A stretch of DNA of 64,000 nucleotides from Takakia lepidozioides (taxonomy: Eukaryota; Plantae; Bryophyta): NCBI GenBank assembly GCA_030704615.1, contig CM060731.1, positions 86,118,001 through 86,182,000 on the forward strand, given 5' to 3'. Made by a program: the position numbers and the translations under genes. Position 1 is the stretch's first letter, and each line of letters begins with the position of its first letter. Positions 11,895 through 24,400 of this stretch are shown here, piece by piece. The notes under the pieces were generated by a model, which had not been told where the DNA came from, did not search any database, and was given only the letters and a program-made list of their open reading frames with translations.

Positions 11895-14800
11895 ACCAAG
11901 GGCTCACCCCAAACAAGAGGGTATTTTTCTGCGTTCTTCGTGCGTGTGAGAGCCTCCAAGCTCTTGAAAAGGGCACATAGGTACATGCTAACATCATCAA
12001 AGCTAGAATTGGGTGAGATATCATTCTGGAGATAGCCCGTATGCTAAATGTAGAAGCGCGCAAAGTGTTTGACAATGTAACTCAACAAGATGTGGTCTCT
12101 TGGAACGCCATGATGATCACGGGATATGCTCAGCATGGGTATGGTAGGGGGCTGTGGAGATCTATGAGCAAATGATATTGGAAGGGGTGATACCCGACAG
12201 GGTCACGTTTACTCTGCTAATGAAGGCACATTCTTCAACACATTTCACCCTGTTTGGAGTGAGTTTGACATGATACTGCCAATGTGACAACAGGGAAGTA
12301 TGCAGAAACAGGTAACAGAGACGAGGAGAAGCTGTGGAATGAATACTTTTCTGACCTATCATTCTGGAGACAGCCCGTATGCTAAATGTAGAAGCGCGCA
12401 AAGTGTTTGACAGTGTAACTCAACAAGATGTGGTCTCTTGGAAGCCATGATCACGGGATATGCTCAACATGGGTATGGTAGGGAGGCTCTGGAGATCTAT
12501 GAGAAAATGATACTGGAAGGGGTGATACCCGAAAGGGTCACGTTTACTCTGCTAATGAAGGCAACTTCTTCAACACATTTCACCCTGTTTGGAGTGAGTT
12601 TGACATGATACTGCCAATGTGACAATAGGGAAGTATGCAGAAACAAGTAACAGAGACGAGGAGAAGCTGTGGAATGAATACTTTTCTGACCCCAGTCAAT
12701 GGTGGGACAATCGAGGCAAGAAGGTGAATGCCTGTTGGATTACAGAGAGTAGCAGATGCAATTGAGCATAAGAACTAGTGTGATAAGTTGAGTTGGGTGT
12801 TTCCTAGAACAAATCTAGGCTGTCATTGTCAGCTGATAGTAGCAAGGCAAGGATGTATGTATGATTTGTGCAGAGACATGGATAGCTGAAGGAGCAGGGA
12901 TAATGTGTGGGTGGACAGATTCATCCAAGAGGGCCGGACTTCAAGCTCCAGATGACCTATGATTCCATGTGGATCAATAGCTACAATAAACCTGCATGGG
13001 TAGATGGTCAACTAAAGGCAGCAGCTACAGCGGCACAGTTGATAGAATCAGGCACCTCAACCATGACCACAGCTTCTGAAAGAGGATCAAGAGAGGGAGT
13101 CCACAATGCCTCTTCTGGCACTTCTGGGCATGTTTGTGCGGAAGGCAGACTGACAGGCACTGCTAGTCCAGGCATTCTTCAACACATTTCAACCTATTTT
13201 TCCCTCTTATCAGAGTAGCAGATGCAATTGAGCATAGAAACTAGTGTGATAAGTTGAGTTGGGTGTTTCATGGTCGGTCAAATCCTCCATGGGTCATGAC
13301 ACAAGGTCAAGGACAATGTGGTGAGGCACATTCTTCTTCGACCTATTTCACCTTGTTTTTCCATCTCATCAAGCACCTCAACCATGACCACAGCTTGTGG
13401 AAGAGGATCAAGAGAGGGAGTCCACAATGCCTCTTCTGGCACTTCTAGGTATGTGAAGATGCTTTGTGAGGCAGACAGACTGAAAGATGAGACTTTAAAC
13501 CAAGGAGGCATTTCAGCAGATTCAGATACGTATGTTTGTCTCTTACATAAGTGCATCAAGATGAAAGGCCTTGAAGCTGGAAAGGAGGTGCACACTCACA
13601 TTATCCAAAGTGGATTTAGCCAAATGTTTTTCTACTCAACACCCTTGTCAACATGTATGTTAAGTGCGGGAGCATCATGGATACTCACCAAGTGTTCAAC
13701 AAAATGCCTCAACCATCTTTGATCACGTGGAATGTAATGTTGGCAGGATTTACCAAGCATGGGTGTGGTACGACTTTGGAGACCTATGAGCAAATGATGC
13801 ATGAAGGGGTGAAGCCCAACCACATCACGTTCATTTGCGTTTGCAATGCGTGTGCAAGCCTGGGAGCCCTGGAAAAGGGGAAAGAGGTCCATGATGAGAT
13901 CGTCAAAGCTGCAATTGTACCAGATGTCATTCTGAACACTGCCCTGGTGGACATGTATGCCAAATGTGGGTGCATTAAGGATGTAAAGGCAGTTTTCAAC
14001 AATATGCAGGCTGAACAAGGTGTGGTGTCATGGAGCGCGATGCTTGCAGAGTATACATAGCAGGGAGGCTTTGGAGACCTATGAGCAAATGATGGGGGAA
14101 GGGGTGAAGCCCAACCACATCACGTTCCTTTGCGTTTGCAATGCATGTGCAAGCCTGGGAGCCCTGGAAAAGGGCGAGGTCCATGATGACATCGTCAAAG
14201 CTGGAATTTTACCAGATGTCATTCTGAACATTGCCCTGGTGGACATGTATGCCAAATGTGGGTGCATTAAGGATGCAAAGGCAGTTTTGAAAGTTCAACA
14301 ATATGCAGGCTGAACGAGATGTGGTGTCGTGGAGCGCGATGCTTGCAGGGTATGCACAACAGGGACGTGGGGTGGAGGCTTTGGAGACCTATGAGCAAAT
14401 GATGGGGGAAGGGGTGAAGCCCAACCACATCACGTTTGTGTGCGTTTGCAATGCATGCGCAAGGCTGGCAGCTCTGAAAAAGGGCAAAGAGGCCCATGGC
14501 GACATTGTCAGGGCTGGAATTGTACCCGATGTCATTCTGAACAATGCCCTCATGGACATGTATGCCAAGTGTGGGAGCATTGAGGATGCGAAGGCAGTGT
14601 TCAACAATATGGCTGAATAAAATGTGGTGTCATGGACCGCGATGCTTGCAGGGTATGCACAGCTGGAGCACGGGACGGAGGCTTTGGAGACGTATGAGCA
14701 AATGATGGTGGAAGGGGTGAAGCCCGACCACATCACATCTTTGGGTTTGCAAGCCTGGCAGCCCTGGAAAAGGGCAAAGAGGTGCAAGGTGACATCGTCA

Positions 14801-16825
14801 AAGCTGGAATTGTACCAGATGTCATTGTGAACACTACCCTGGTGGACATGTATGCCAAACGTGGGTGCATTAAGGATGCAAAGGGAGTTTTCAACACTAT
14901 GACTGAACGAGATGTGGTGTCATTGAAGACGATGCTTGCAGGGTATCCACAGCAGGGACGTGGTATGGGGGCTTTGGAGACCTATGATCAGATGATGGGG
15001 CAAGGGGTGAAGCCCAACCACATCACATTTCTATGCATTAGCAATGTGTGTGCAAGCCTGGCAGCTCTGGAAAAGGGCAAAGAGGTCCATGGCGACATGG
15101 TCAGAGCTGCAGTTGTACCAAATGTCATTCTAAACAATACCCTCGTGGACATGTATGAATGGAGTGTTCGACAGTATGGCTGAACGAGATGTGGTGTCAT
15201 GGAGTGCGATGATTGCAGGATATGCACAACAAGGGCGCGGGATGGAGGCTTTGGAGACCTATGAGCAAATGATGTGCGAAGGGGGTGAAGCCCAACTACA
15301 TGACGTTTGTTTGCATTTGCAATGCGTGTGCAAGCCTGGCAGCCCTGGAAAAGTGCAAAGAGGTCCATGGTGACATTATCAAATCTGGAATTGTACCCGA
15401 TGTCATTCTGAACACTGCCATGGTGGACATGTAAATGTGGGTGCATCGAGGATGCAAATGGAGTGTTTGACAGTACTGCTGAACGTGATGTGGTGTCGTG
15501 GAGTGTGATGATTGCAAGATATGCACAGCAAGGGTGCGGGATGGAGGCTTTGGAGAACAAATGAGCAAATGATGTGCGGAGGGGTGAAAACCAACCACAT
15601 CACATTTGTTTGTGTTTGCAATGCGTGTGCAAGCCTGGGAGCTCTGGAAAAGGGGAAAGAGGTCCATGGTGACATCGTCAAAGCTGGAATTGTACCTGAT
15701 GTCATCCTGAACACTGCCCTGGTGGACATGTATGCCACATGTGGGTGCATTAAGGATGCAATGGGAGTTAATTTCAACACCATGGCTGAACGAGATGTGG
15801 TGTCGGAACGCGATGCTTGCAGGGGTATGCACAGCAGGGGCGTGGGATGGAGGCTTTGGAGACCTATGAACAAATGATGGGGGAAGGGGTGTAGCCACAT
15901 CACGTTTGTGTGCGTTTGCAGTTCGTGTGCAAGTCTGGCAGCCGTGGAAAAGGACAAAGAGGTGCATGGTTGCATCGCCAAAGCTGGAATTGTACCAGAT
16001 GTGATTATGAACAATACCCTCATGGACATGTATGCCAAATGTGGGTGCATCAAGGATGCGGAGGGAGTGTTCAACAGTATGGCTGAACGAGATTTGGTGT
16101 CATGGAATACCATGCTTGCAAGATATGCACAACAGGGGCGCGGGATGGAGGCCTTGGAGACCTATGAGCAAATGTTGGGTAAAGGGTGAAGTCCAACCAC
16201 ATCACGTTTGTGTGCGTTTGCAATGCTTGTGCAAGCCTGGCAGCCCTGGAAAAGGGCAAAGGGTGCATGGTGACATCATCAAAGCTGGAATTGTACCAAA
16301 TGTCATTCTGGACACTGCCCTGGTGGATATGTATGCGAAATGTGGGTGCATTGAGGATGCAAAGGGAGTATTTGACAATGTGGCTGAATGAAATGTGGTG
16401 TCGTGGAATCCGATGATCGCAGGATATGCCCAGCATGGTTGTCATAGGGAGGTCCTGCAATTATTTGAAGGAATGCAAAAGAATGGCTTGAAGCTGGACA
16501 ATATCACCTTTATATGTGTTCTCTCCGCATGCAGCCACACTGGCCTACTGAATGAAGGAAGACGCTACTTGATTCCCTGAGTCAACATCATGGTGTCACC
16601 CTGCCAGGAAAGCACTTTGGCTGCATGGTGGACCTTCTGGACGTGCGGGACAACTACATGAGGCAAGGTACCTGATTAATAAAATGCGAATCAATCCAGA
16701 TGTTGTGGTGTGGAAGGCCTTGCTTGGTGCCTGCAGAATCCATGGCAATGTGGAGATGGCTGAATGTGTGGCAACATCTATCCTCAAGTGGGATGAACAT
16801 GATGCCGCGACTTATGTGTTGCTAT
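11895..16825 (+). pseudogene. Degenerate PDF-motif + PLS PPR + E array (unit 2)
   Basis: Same P-L-S triplets at 13500-16550; E domain at 16500-16825, truncated before DYW; PDF exons at 12661-13015. Confidence 0.93.
12661..13015 (+). other. OSB-type PDF motif split by a phase-0 GT-AG intron (12724-12918)
   Basis: Spliced translation EKLWNEYFSDPSQWWDNRGKK|IHPRGPDFKLQMTYDSMWINSYNKPAWVDGQL matches the W..F..P..WWDNR..K..P..PDFK....LW.....P.WV pattern of OSB PDF repeats. Other copies at ~3060-3150, 4330-4440, 4644-4990, 8220-8565 and 37180-37555. Confidence 0.8.
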
Positions 16826-17007
16826 AATTCTGGGTTTGGGTGGTGGAGCTTCTCCAAAGCTTGAAGATGGAAATGAATACGAATTTTAATGAGCTTGATG
16901 AGAGGGGCAGTTATGTGCACAAGTTTGTTCAGCATCTTAAATTTGGACATGTTTGTTTGTTTCTCGTGGTGTGGCTTTGGATGGAGCCCTTGACGAACTT
17001 GCATGAA

Positions 17008-17301
17008 TATTGTCAAAAGCTAGCCTTAATCCACCCAGATCCAATCCCACGGTGGATGATTGAAAGTTCATATAGTCAATGTAAGGGTATTTGGGTATGT
17101 TGTTATTGATTGATGCGGCTTGTGAAAATTGAACATTGAAATGCAGATCCGCCATTTTTCTTCCAGAATGCAGAAAAAACAAAACACGGGATCTCTGCAT
17201 GTAACACCAACACCGTGGGATGACCCACCCCTTTTTTGTGAAAAATTGAACTTAGTTCTCAGAATTCGTCGCTAGTAGTGCAGAGCAACGCGAAGCCCTA
17301 G
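17008..17301 (+). repeat. Helitron-like 3' terminal repeat, copy 3
   Basis: Direct repeat of 2360-2645, ends CCCTAG|T. Confidence 0.5.
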
Positions 17302-17390
17302 TGTGTTGAGTGTATTGTAAATGTGTGATAACCAGCATGTAGCCCAGTGGTAATGGGCACATACCATGTTGGATGTGGTTGTGGGTTCAA

Positions 17391-17885
17391 ACCACGGTCT
17401 GGTGGGTCATGAAGGTGTGGACACCTTCCAGCTGGAAGGCAGTAGCCCTTGTGGTGAAGAGTTACGCTCCCTTGGGGAGGCGTCATACTTTTAGACGTGC
17501 GAATGAATGTTTGTAGAAAGGGTTTACCAAAGTCTTGTGCAGCAGGCGGGCAGTCCAGTACGAAATTTGTACACTAAAGGTCATGAAGGTGTGGACACCT
17601 TTCAGCTGGAAGGCAGTAGCCCTTGTGGTGAAGAGTGACGCTCCCATGGGGAGGCGTCATACTTTTAGACGTGCGAATGAATGTTTGTAGAAAGGGTTTA
17701 CCACGGTCTGGTGGGTCATGAAGGTGTGGACACCTTTCAGCTGGAAGGCAGTAGCCCTTGTGGTGAAGAGTTACGCTCCCTTGGGGAGGTGTCATACTTT
17801 TAGACGTGCGAATGAATGTTTGTAGAAAGGGTTTACCAAAGTCTTGTGCAGCAGGCGGGCAGTCCAGTACGAAATTTGTACACTA
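17391..17885 (+). repeat. Three near-identical tandem copies (~186, ~122, ~185 bp)
   Basis: GGTCATGAAGGTGTGGACACC...GTAGAAAGGGTTTACC recurs three times; preceded by tRNA-like A/B boxes at 17340-17392. Confidence 0.9.
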
Positions 17886-20800
17886 GGTCAATCATTGCTG
17901 TCTCTCTCCTGGCTTTGGCTGGCTCCCTTCTACATTAGCATCTCACAACTGGAGCCCTGTTTGAAGGGTGCCTCGCGGGTGCCCCGGAACAGACTCCAGG
18001 AGGGCTGCATAGCATTGGGGGAGAGAGGTGGTGCTTAGAGTTGGAGCAGCATAATCTGTGGATGGTCCGACAAGGTGGCATAGTTTGTCAGCGATGGCGA
18101 CAAAACTCTTCAATGGTAATGGGTTTCTTTTTTCTTGTTGTTTTGAGTCATTGTAAGCTGTTCGTGTTTCAGCTTGATAGTTGAGTAGATGCGTGAATAT
18201 GTTTCAAACGGGATCACCCATCATGTTGGAATGGGAAATCCCTTATTTGAGAAGTGGGAGGTTGAATGTCTGGGTCTACTAGTCAGATGCAACCGAATCC
18301 TTTTATTCTGTTAGTGATGTGGATCCATTGGTTTTTTGCGCGCGAAATCATAAGCTCACAAGTTATGAAGTACCTTGATCGAGCACGGAAGGTAGGACGA
18401 GACGGTTGGAGTGCGCTTTATCGTCGTGAGAGGAGACGGCCAGAAATGATTGGGCTAAGAGTGTTGGCAACATTGTTTAAGAACAACTTCTCGGCAGGCT
18501 ATCGTGTGTTGTTCTTTTCATCGTTTTTCCTTGTAGCAAGCGAAAGATCGTTTCACCTTCAATGCGTTTGCAGTGCTGAGCTTTTGTAAAGTCGCCGAGC
18601 TGTCATGATTGTGAGTTCAACTCCTTTAGGAATTCCTGGAGTTCCAATAAGTACTTTTCTGGAGTGATCAGCAGACAAGCACCGGTTCTGAAATGAGGCC
18701 TCAAGGTTTCGGACTGCTACTGTGGTTTTGTCGCCACAGCAGAGGTACCAGGGTATTGTTCACCCAGTTTTCTTTTGGTGGTTTTCAATGCATCTTCTCT
18801 GAGGCTGCAACACAAAAAGTTCCAGGACCAATCAGGCTGGAATTGAATGTTAACGCATAGCTGCAAGTTTAGATGCTCTGGCTCCAGATGTAACGATAAC
18901 AGGTCTTCTTGCTACCACAGAAAATTATGTGGCGGCCCATTGTCATCCCAGTGATGATGAAAACTGGATTCAGCGTCAGATTCATAGATATTTGAGATTT
19001 TGGATCAGGAGGATGGAAAGACATTGGTAAAGGCTTGAGGGAGATGACTGCTAGTTGAGTTACCATGAGAGGGAGGGAGAGATTGTCTTGTCATGACAAG
19101 AAAGATCTGTCTTTGCTAGACCAGACCATTTTTTATTTTTTCTTCAGAAACAAACACAAAATACAGCCTTGTTACCAAGGCACCATCACCCTTCTCCTAA
19201 ACCACAGTCTTGTTCCTGATTTTTTTCACACTTCTGGGTGATTGGGGTGGGTGGTGGGTTTTGCTAGAAACCCTTCAAAAGACCACCTTTCTTCACAGTG
19301 ACAGACATCATACTGAACAATATTCATATTCACTGTACTGTCAGACTGGGATTTCCAGAAAACCGAAATTCATGCTTTGTAGCATGTGGACTGTAGGTCA
19401 GTGACCTCCAAGACAGCCTTAGCCTTTACTTAAGCAAACCAGTGCTTGCTTAAAACCATAGAGATCTCTGCCCACAGTAAATGTCTGAGCATAGTACTTC
19501 TCTATGAGGATAATTCGGTTTCATCGAATTAGTGTCAACACATACTTCCCTGAAAATCACGTCGAAACTGAGAAAAAACCAAGTCTTCCATCATAGCCCG
19601 AAGTATACTGCCACGTGTTAAAACAAAACAAACACAGTATTCAAAATGAAACCACTCAGCTGGGCTGTAAACTGAGATTGATCCAAGTCAAGACGGGTCT
19701 TCAGAACCCTCTGGTATCAGATCCAAGGGTAGATTATTTCTGTAAAATACTTCCCTCACAGAAACATGAGGCTGTCGTCAAGCGTTGTGCCATTCGTCCT
19801 AGGCAGTGGGTGCCTCATGCGATAGGTTATTTTCATCATCTATCCAATGTACTCTGTAGCAAAACTTACACATATAGCTTAGAGACCCATGAAAGGTGAA
19901 GGACCCTCACCTGCGCCTGTCCCAAAAACCACCACATCCAACAGAATGCGTGTTAGTGGGGATGCGCGAGGTGAGTAGCAGGTCTTCACGCTTGCTATCG
20001 CTGTCCAACATGCAGATCTAAGCAAGTGAAAGATTGCAAGAGTAATAGGAAAGTTGTGACATTGCACAGAACCTTGAAAGTTTGAGGCAGACCAGTCTAT
20101 GACATTCTGCATATCCGTTCACGCAACAAGTAATTGCAAAGCATATGCAAGGACTGAGTGTAACTTCCTGTTCGTGTCCACAAATGAGCCATGGCTCCCT
20201 ATAACTGCATAGGGAGCTCCACCAACACAATAAAGGCAAGGTTGCGCTTAAACCTTGCTGGCCGCAGCCCTATTGAAAATCTCTTGAAGCCAAAGCTCGG
20301 TGAGCGGTGTGCCCAACACTTTGCCTGTAGTTTCAGGTAGCCGCCATTTGTACTCAAACAACTTTTGTAAATGAGTACTAAATTGAAGGGTAAGGGTTCT
20401 GAAACCCTAAATTCAAACCAGCACATGGGCATTCAATAAATCCCACAAGGCCCTGGCCAGGGAATGAGTTTTGCAGCAAGTGTCTACTTGTAATTTTCAG
20501 GACATCCATAGGAAAAAATCCTTTTATTCCACCTGAAATATTCTACCCAAGATTAAAGAGAGAGAGAGAGAGCACTTTCTGTCCCTAAATGTTTGCACAT
20601 TCGTTCCAGTGTGGTCTGGTCTGTTTGAAACTGGTGTTATGAGATGCACTAATATAACTGCCATAGTTAGACTATTTCAATGTCATTGCCTTCTCAGGTT
20701 GTAGAGCAGTGGTGTTTTGATCACTGTATTGGAGCTTATGTCAGTGTATGGAGATTCACGTTTTTTGTGGAAAGGTCTCTTTATTGGCAAGTGTAGCATG

Positions 20801-21429
20801 TGTTGAGTGGGCAAGTCTTTTGCTGATATTGCTTGTTGGTTAAGTTAATCATCAAAACTAGGTCTATCTTGAAGGCTTCCAATAATTGACTTCTTGTATG
20901 ACAAGATTTCTTTGTTGGCGATAATATCGGCTGAAAAACTGATGCACTACTTAATTCTTGCTGGGTCTGAAGGATATTCGGGATTCTAAGCGTATCCTTA
21001 AAGTGGGAGGTAGAAATAGAGTGATGTGATTCCAAGGGAATAGTTTTGGGATGGTATGTTAACGGCTCTCCCCATGTGACTTTGATGTGAGAAATTCACT
21101 GTAATCTTGCTCACAGAACCTTATTATCTTATTCTTCTGCCCTATTCTTATCAACCTTATTCTTCTCATTCCCATTCTCCTCTATCATTACTGCTGTATC
21201 CCTGCTTTGATGATGGCGAAGGGTGCCAAAAATCTGATAATGTACCCACTTGCCAATTTCTCCATGCTCTTTGACCTCAAGAACTGCGCCAAATAGGCTG
21301 CAGACCAGTAGACAACTACGGCAACAGCCACATGACACAAAATGCTTTTTTGAAAGCTCCATTTTCACTTGGATGAAAGCTGATGGAATGTAGTTGCTTT
21401 TTGATTCAATGGGACTCGATTACTTGCAG

Positions 21430-24400
21430 GTGCTCTGGGTAAAGACAAACTTGGCTCACCAAAGATTCACCACTTTGACAACACAAAGCGGAAAAAGATA
21501 ACATGGATTCTGGTTGTCATTAGTCTCTGCTGTTTTTTTTACATACTGGGATCCTGGCAAAATGGTGGCATTGTCTCCAACGGAGTAGTTCTCAGCAAGG
21601 ATGTTCCAATCAGCAAAGACTTTGAAACTACTACCACCCTTGATTTTTCAGCTCACCATGGCTCACCTGGCAGTGGTGGTTCCAAGAGTATTGTGTTCGT
21701 GCCTTGTGACATGGAGTATAGTGAGTACACGCCTTGCGAACATGCAGATCGATCACTAAAGTTCTCTCGGGATAGGCTGGCATACCGGGAACGCCATTGC
21801 CCAGAGCCAAAAGAACTTCTGCGGTGCCTGATCCCAGCACCCCCAGGCTACAGGAACCCACTTCGATGGCCTGAGAGTCGGGACTATGCATGGTTTGCCA
21901 ATACTCCCCACAAGGAGTTGACAGTTGAGAAGGCGATCCAGAAATGGGTAGTGTATGAGAGTGAGAAACTTCGCTTCCCTGGAGGGGGTACCTTTTCAGC
22001 AGGTGGTGCTGAACAATATATTGATGATATTGGTGCACTTATTCCACTCAATGACGGCACAATCCGGACAGCAATTGATACTGGTTGTGGGGTAAGGTCC
22101 TTGTTTATGGATCAGTCCTTTCATGGTATTGTTAATTTCAATGAAAATCCGTTTGACGAATTGGTGCTCACTTCAATTGAGCAACCCCCCTGAGAAGTTG
22201 CTAGAAGAAGAGATTCTGCATGTGACCATATCCACTTGTTATTTTGTGCCGCGATAGGTAAGTTTTGGAGTTTAAGTGGTTTATGCTGAGTTTTAATGAA
22301 ATGGGCATTGCCTTGCTTTTCCTTAAGAGGAGGATGCTAAGTCATGCTCCCAGTGGTATGGATATGAGTTCTGTCTCAGAGAGGCTCATGTACTTGCCTT
22401 GGCTACAACCCAGTGGATACAAAAAGGCATGTCTGTTTGTGAAGTGTTGAATGTTGTGACAGGTGGCAAGCTGGGGAGCATATCTGCTGAGTAAAAATGT
22501 ATTGACTATGTCTTTCGCTCCAAGGGACACACATGTCTCACAAGTACAGTTTGCATTGGAGAGAGGGGTTCCTGCTATTCTTGGTGTCATGGCTGTACAT
22601 CGCATGCCATACCCAGCACGTGCATTCGATATGGCACATTGCTCACGCTGCCTGATTCCTTGGACTGGCTTTGGTAAGGATATTGTCAGAGCGATCCAAT
22701 TCGGTGTTAAAATGGCTGGGAAACTCTACTTTCTTGTGGAAAGAAAATATACGATAGTGGTCATTGTTATTTATCCTCTTATGGATAAGCCTTTTGGGAC
22801 TCTAAGTTGACATGGATTTGATGGTCTTCCGAACTTCAGAAACTTGGAAGAAGGGGTGGACTTATCCAGTTATGCTAACCAGTGAGGGTTCCAAAATTCA
22901 CGGTTTTCAAATACAACCTAAAGTCCTGTATAGGGCTTTGCATCGGTGTACACCATCGCCAAGATAAGGAGGGGCTGTGGGCTATGGAAAGTAGCCTGTT
23001 TGCAGGTCAATGCAGGACTAATGGACGGGCTGGTTTAGGACTGCTACTGCATGTATGTTTTTGACTACCAATTACCACCATAGAGGTGTGATTGACCCTT
23101 TCTGTGGGCCACTGACTGCGGGAGCTCTTAATCCCTTCAACTTTGAGGTTAGAATCTGATGAGACCAGGGACAGAGAACAGTGTTGGAGTGAAGTCTGAA
23201 GTTCTTTGAACTTGTATTAGTACTTGTCAAAGGATCCACACTAGCTGCCACAGCAATGAGTCCGCTAATTGGAGACTGGATATTTACAAATGCGGGAAAC
23301 CCAAGATATCTGATGGAGTCCTCTTTTTGTTGTGTACAGACAACATCTACTTGATTGAAGTTGACCGCGTGTTGAGGCCTGGTGGGTACTGGATTCTTTC
23401 GGGCCCTCCAGTGAACTGGAGGAATCATTACAGGGGTTGGAATCGGACTAAAGCAGATCTCAAGGCTGAGCAAGATGCAATCGAGGATGGTGCTCGCCGT
23501 CTGTGCTGGAAGAAAGTTGAAGAGAAGGACAATCTGGCTATCTGGCAAAAACCTTGGAATCACCTTGATTGTGAGCAAGCTCGCAGACGCGACACTTCAG
23601 TGTTGCCTCACATCTGCAGCAAATCTGAGAACCCTGATAGTGCCTGGTTTATCTCTTTCTCCCTTTTCCTTTCTTCCCCGACATTCACAAGTTGTTCATG
23701 TGGATCAAAGAAACTGCAGTGTGTGTTGACTAGTGCGGATGGTCTTGGTCTAGGAATTCTGATGTTCAAAGGTGGCTGGCTTGGTTTTTTGTCTTTAGGC
23801 ATGTAAGGAGTTTCCGCCTGTGGTAATGTGTGCCTATCTGCTGTCAGCCTTTTTCCGCAAAAGATCCGTCTCCTTCCCTCCTAGTTGCTACAGTAATTGT
23901 TGTTGACGAGTTTGTCCAATGTCTGAGTCCTACTCTTTCCACAAATGTTGTGCCTGTACCCCTGTTTACCAACTTTGAAAGTCTCGAGGCTGAGCCAAAA
24001 GCCCAGGCCCTCCTGAGGCCTAGTTTTTGGGCAAATCACACACAGCAGATTGATGCTTGTGTGAAGGGATTTCTAGAGGATATCTGGAAAACCCGGATTA
24101 ATTCATTATATGGAGGTAAGTCTTACTACCAACGTCAGCCCCTGACAGAGGTAGGTTCTGTCCCTTTTGTTCCCGCTCAAACTGGGCGCGGGGTCAATGG
24201 CCACAAGGCTACGGCAAACAACGTCTTATGAGTACAATCTTTCCAAATGTTACTCCCAGTACTCCTGTTTTACTCTTACACTTGTGATTCAGTTCCAACT
24301 TGACAATTCGATATCTTTTCTGTCTCTTCAAACAGGTACCGCAAAATGGAAACGTGCATCACTCCACTGCCTGTGGCCAAAGACAGGGAAGAAGTGTCTG

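Noticed and set aside
5252-16460. Long antisense ORFs over the PPR array
   Set aside because: Shadow frames of repetitive coding sequence with no independent motifs.
5190-16550. Stop codons in PPR repeats rescued by U-to-C editing
   Set aside because: CGA>TGA, CAG>TAG and TGG>TGA/TAG changes fit methyl-C deamination, many frameshifts co-occur, and such editing is organellar.
18000-21400. Short ORFs upstream of the PMT gene
   Set aside because: No recognisable motifs; consistent with promoter, 5' UTR or intron sequence.
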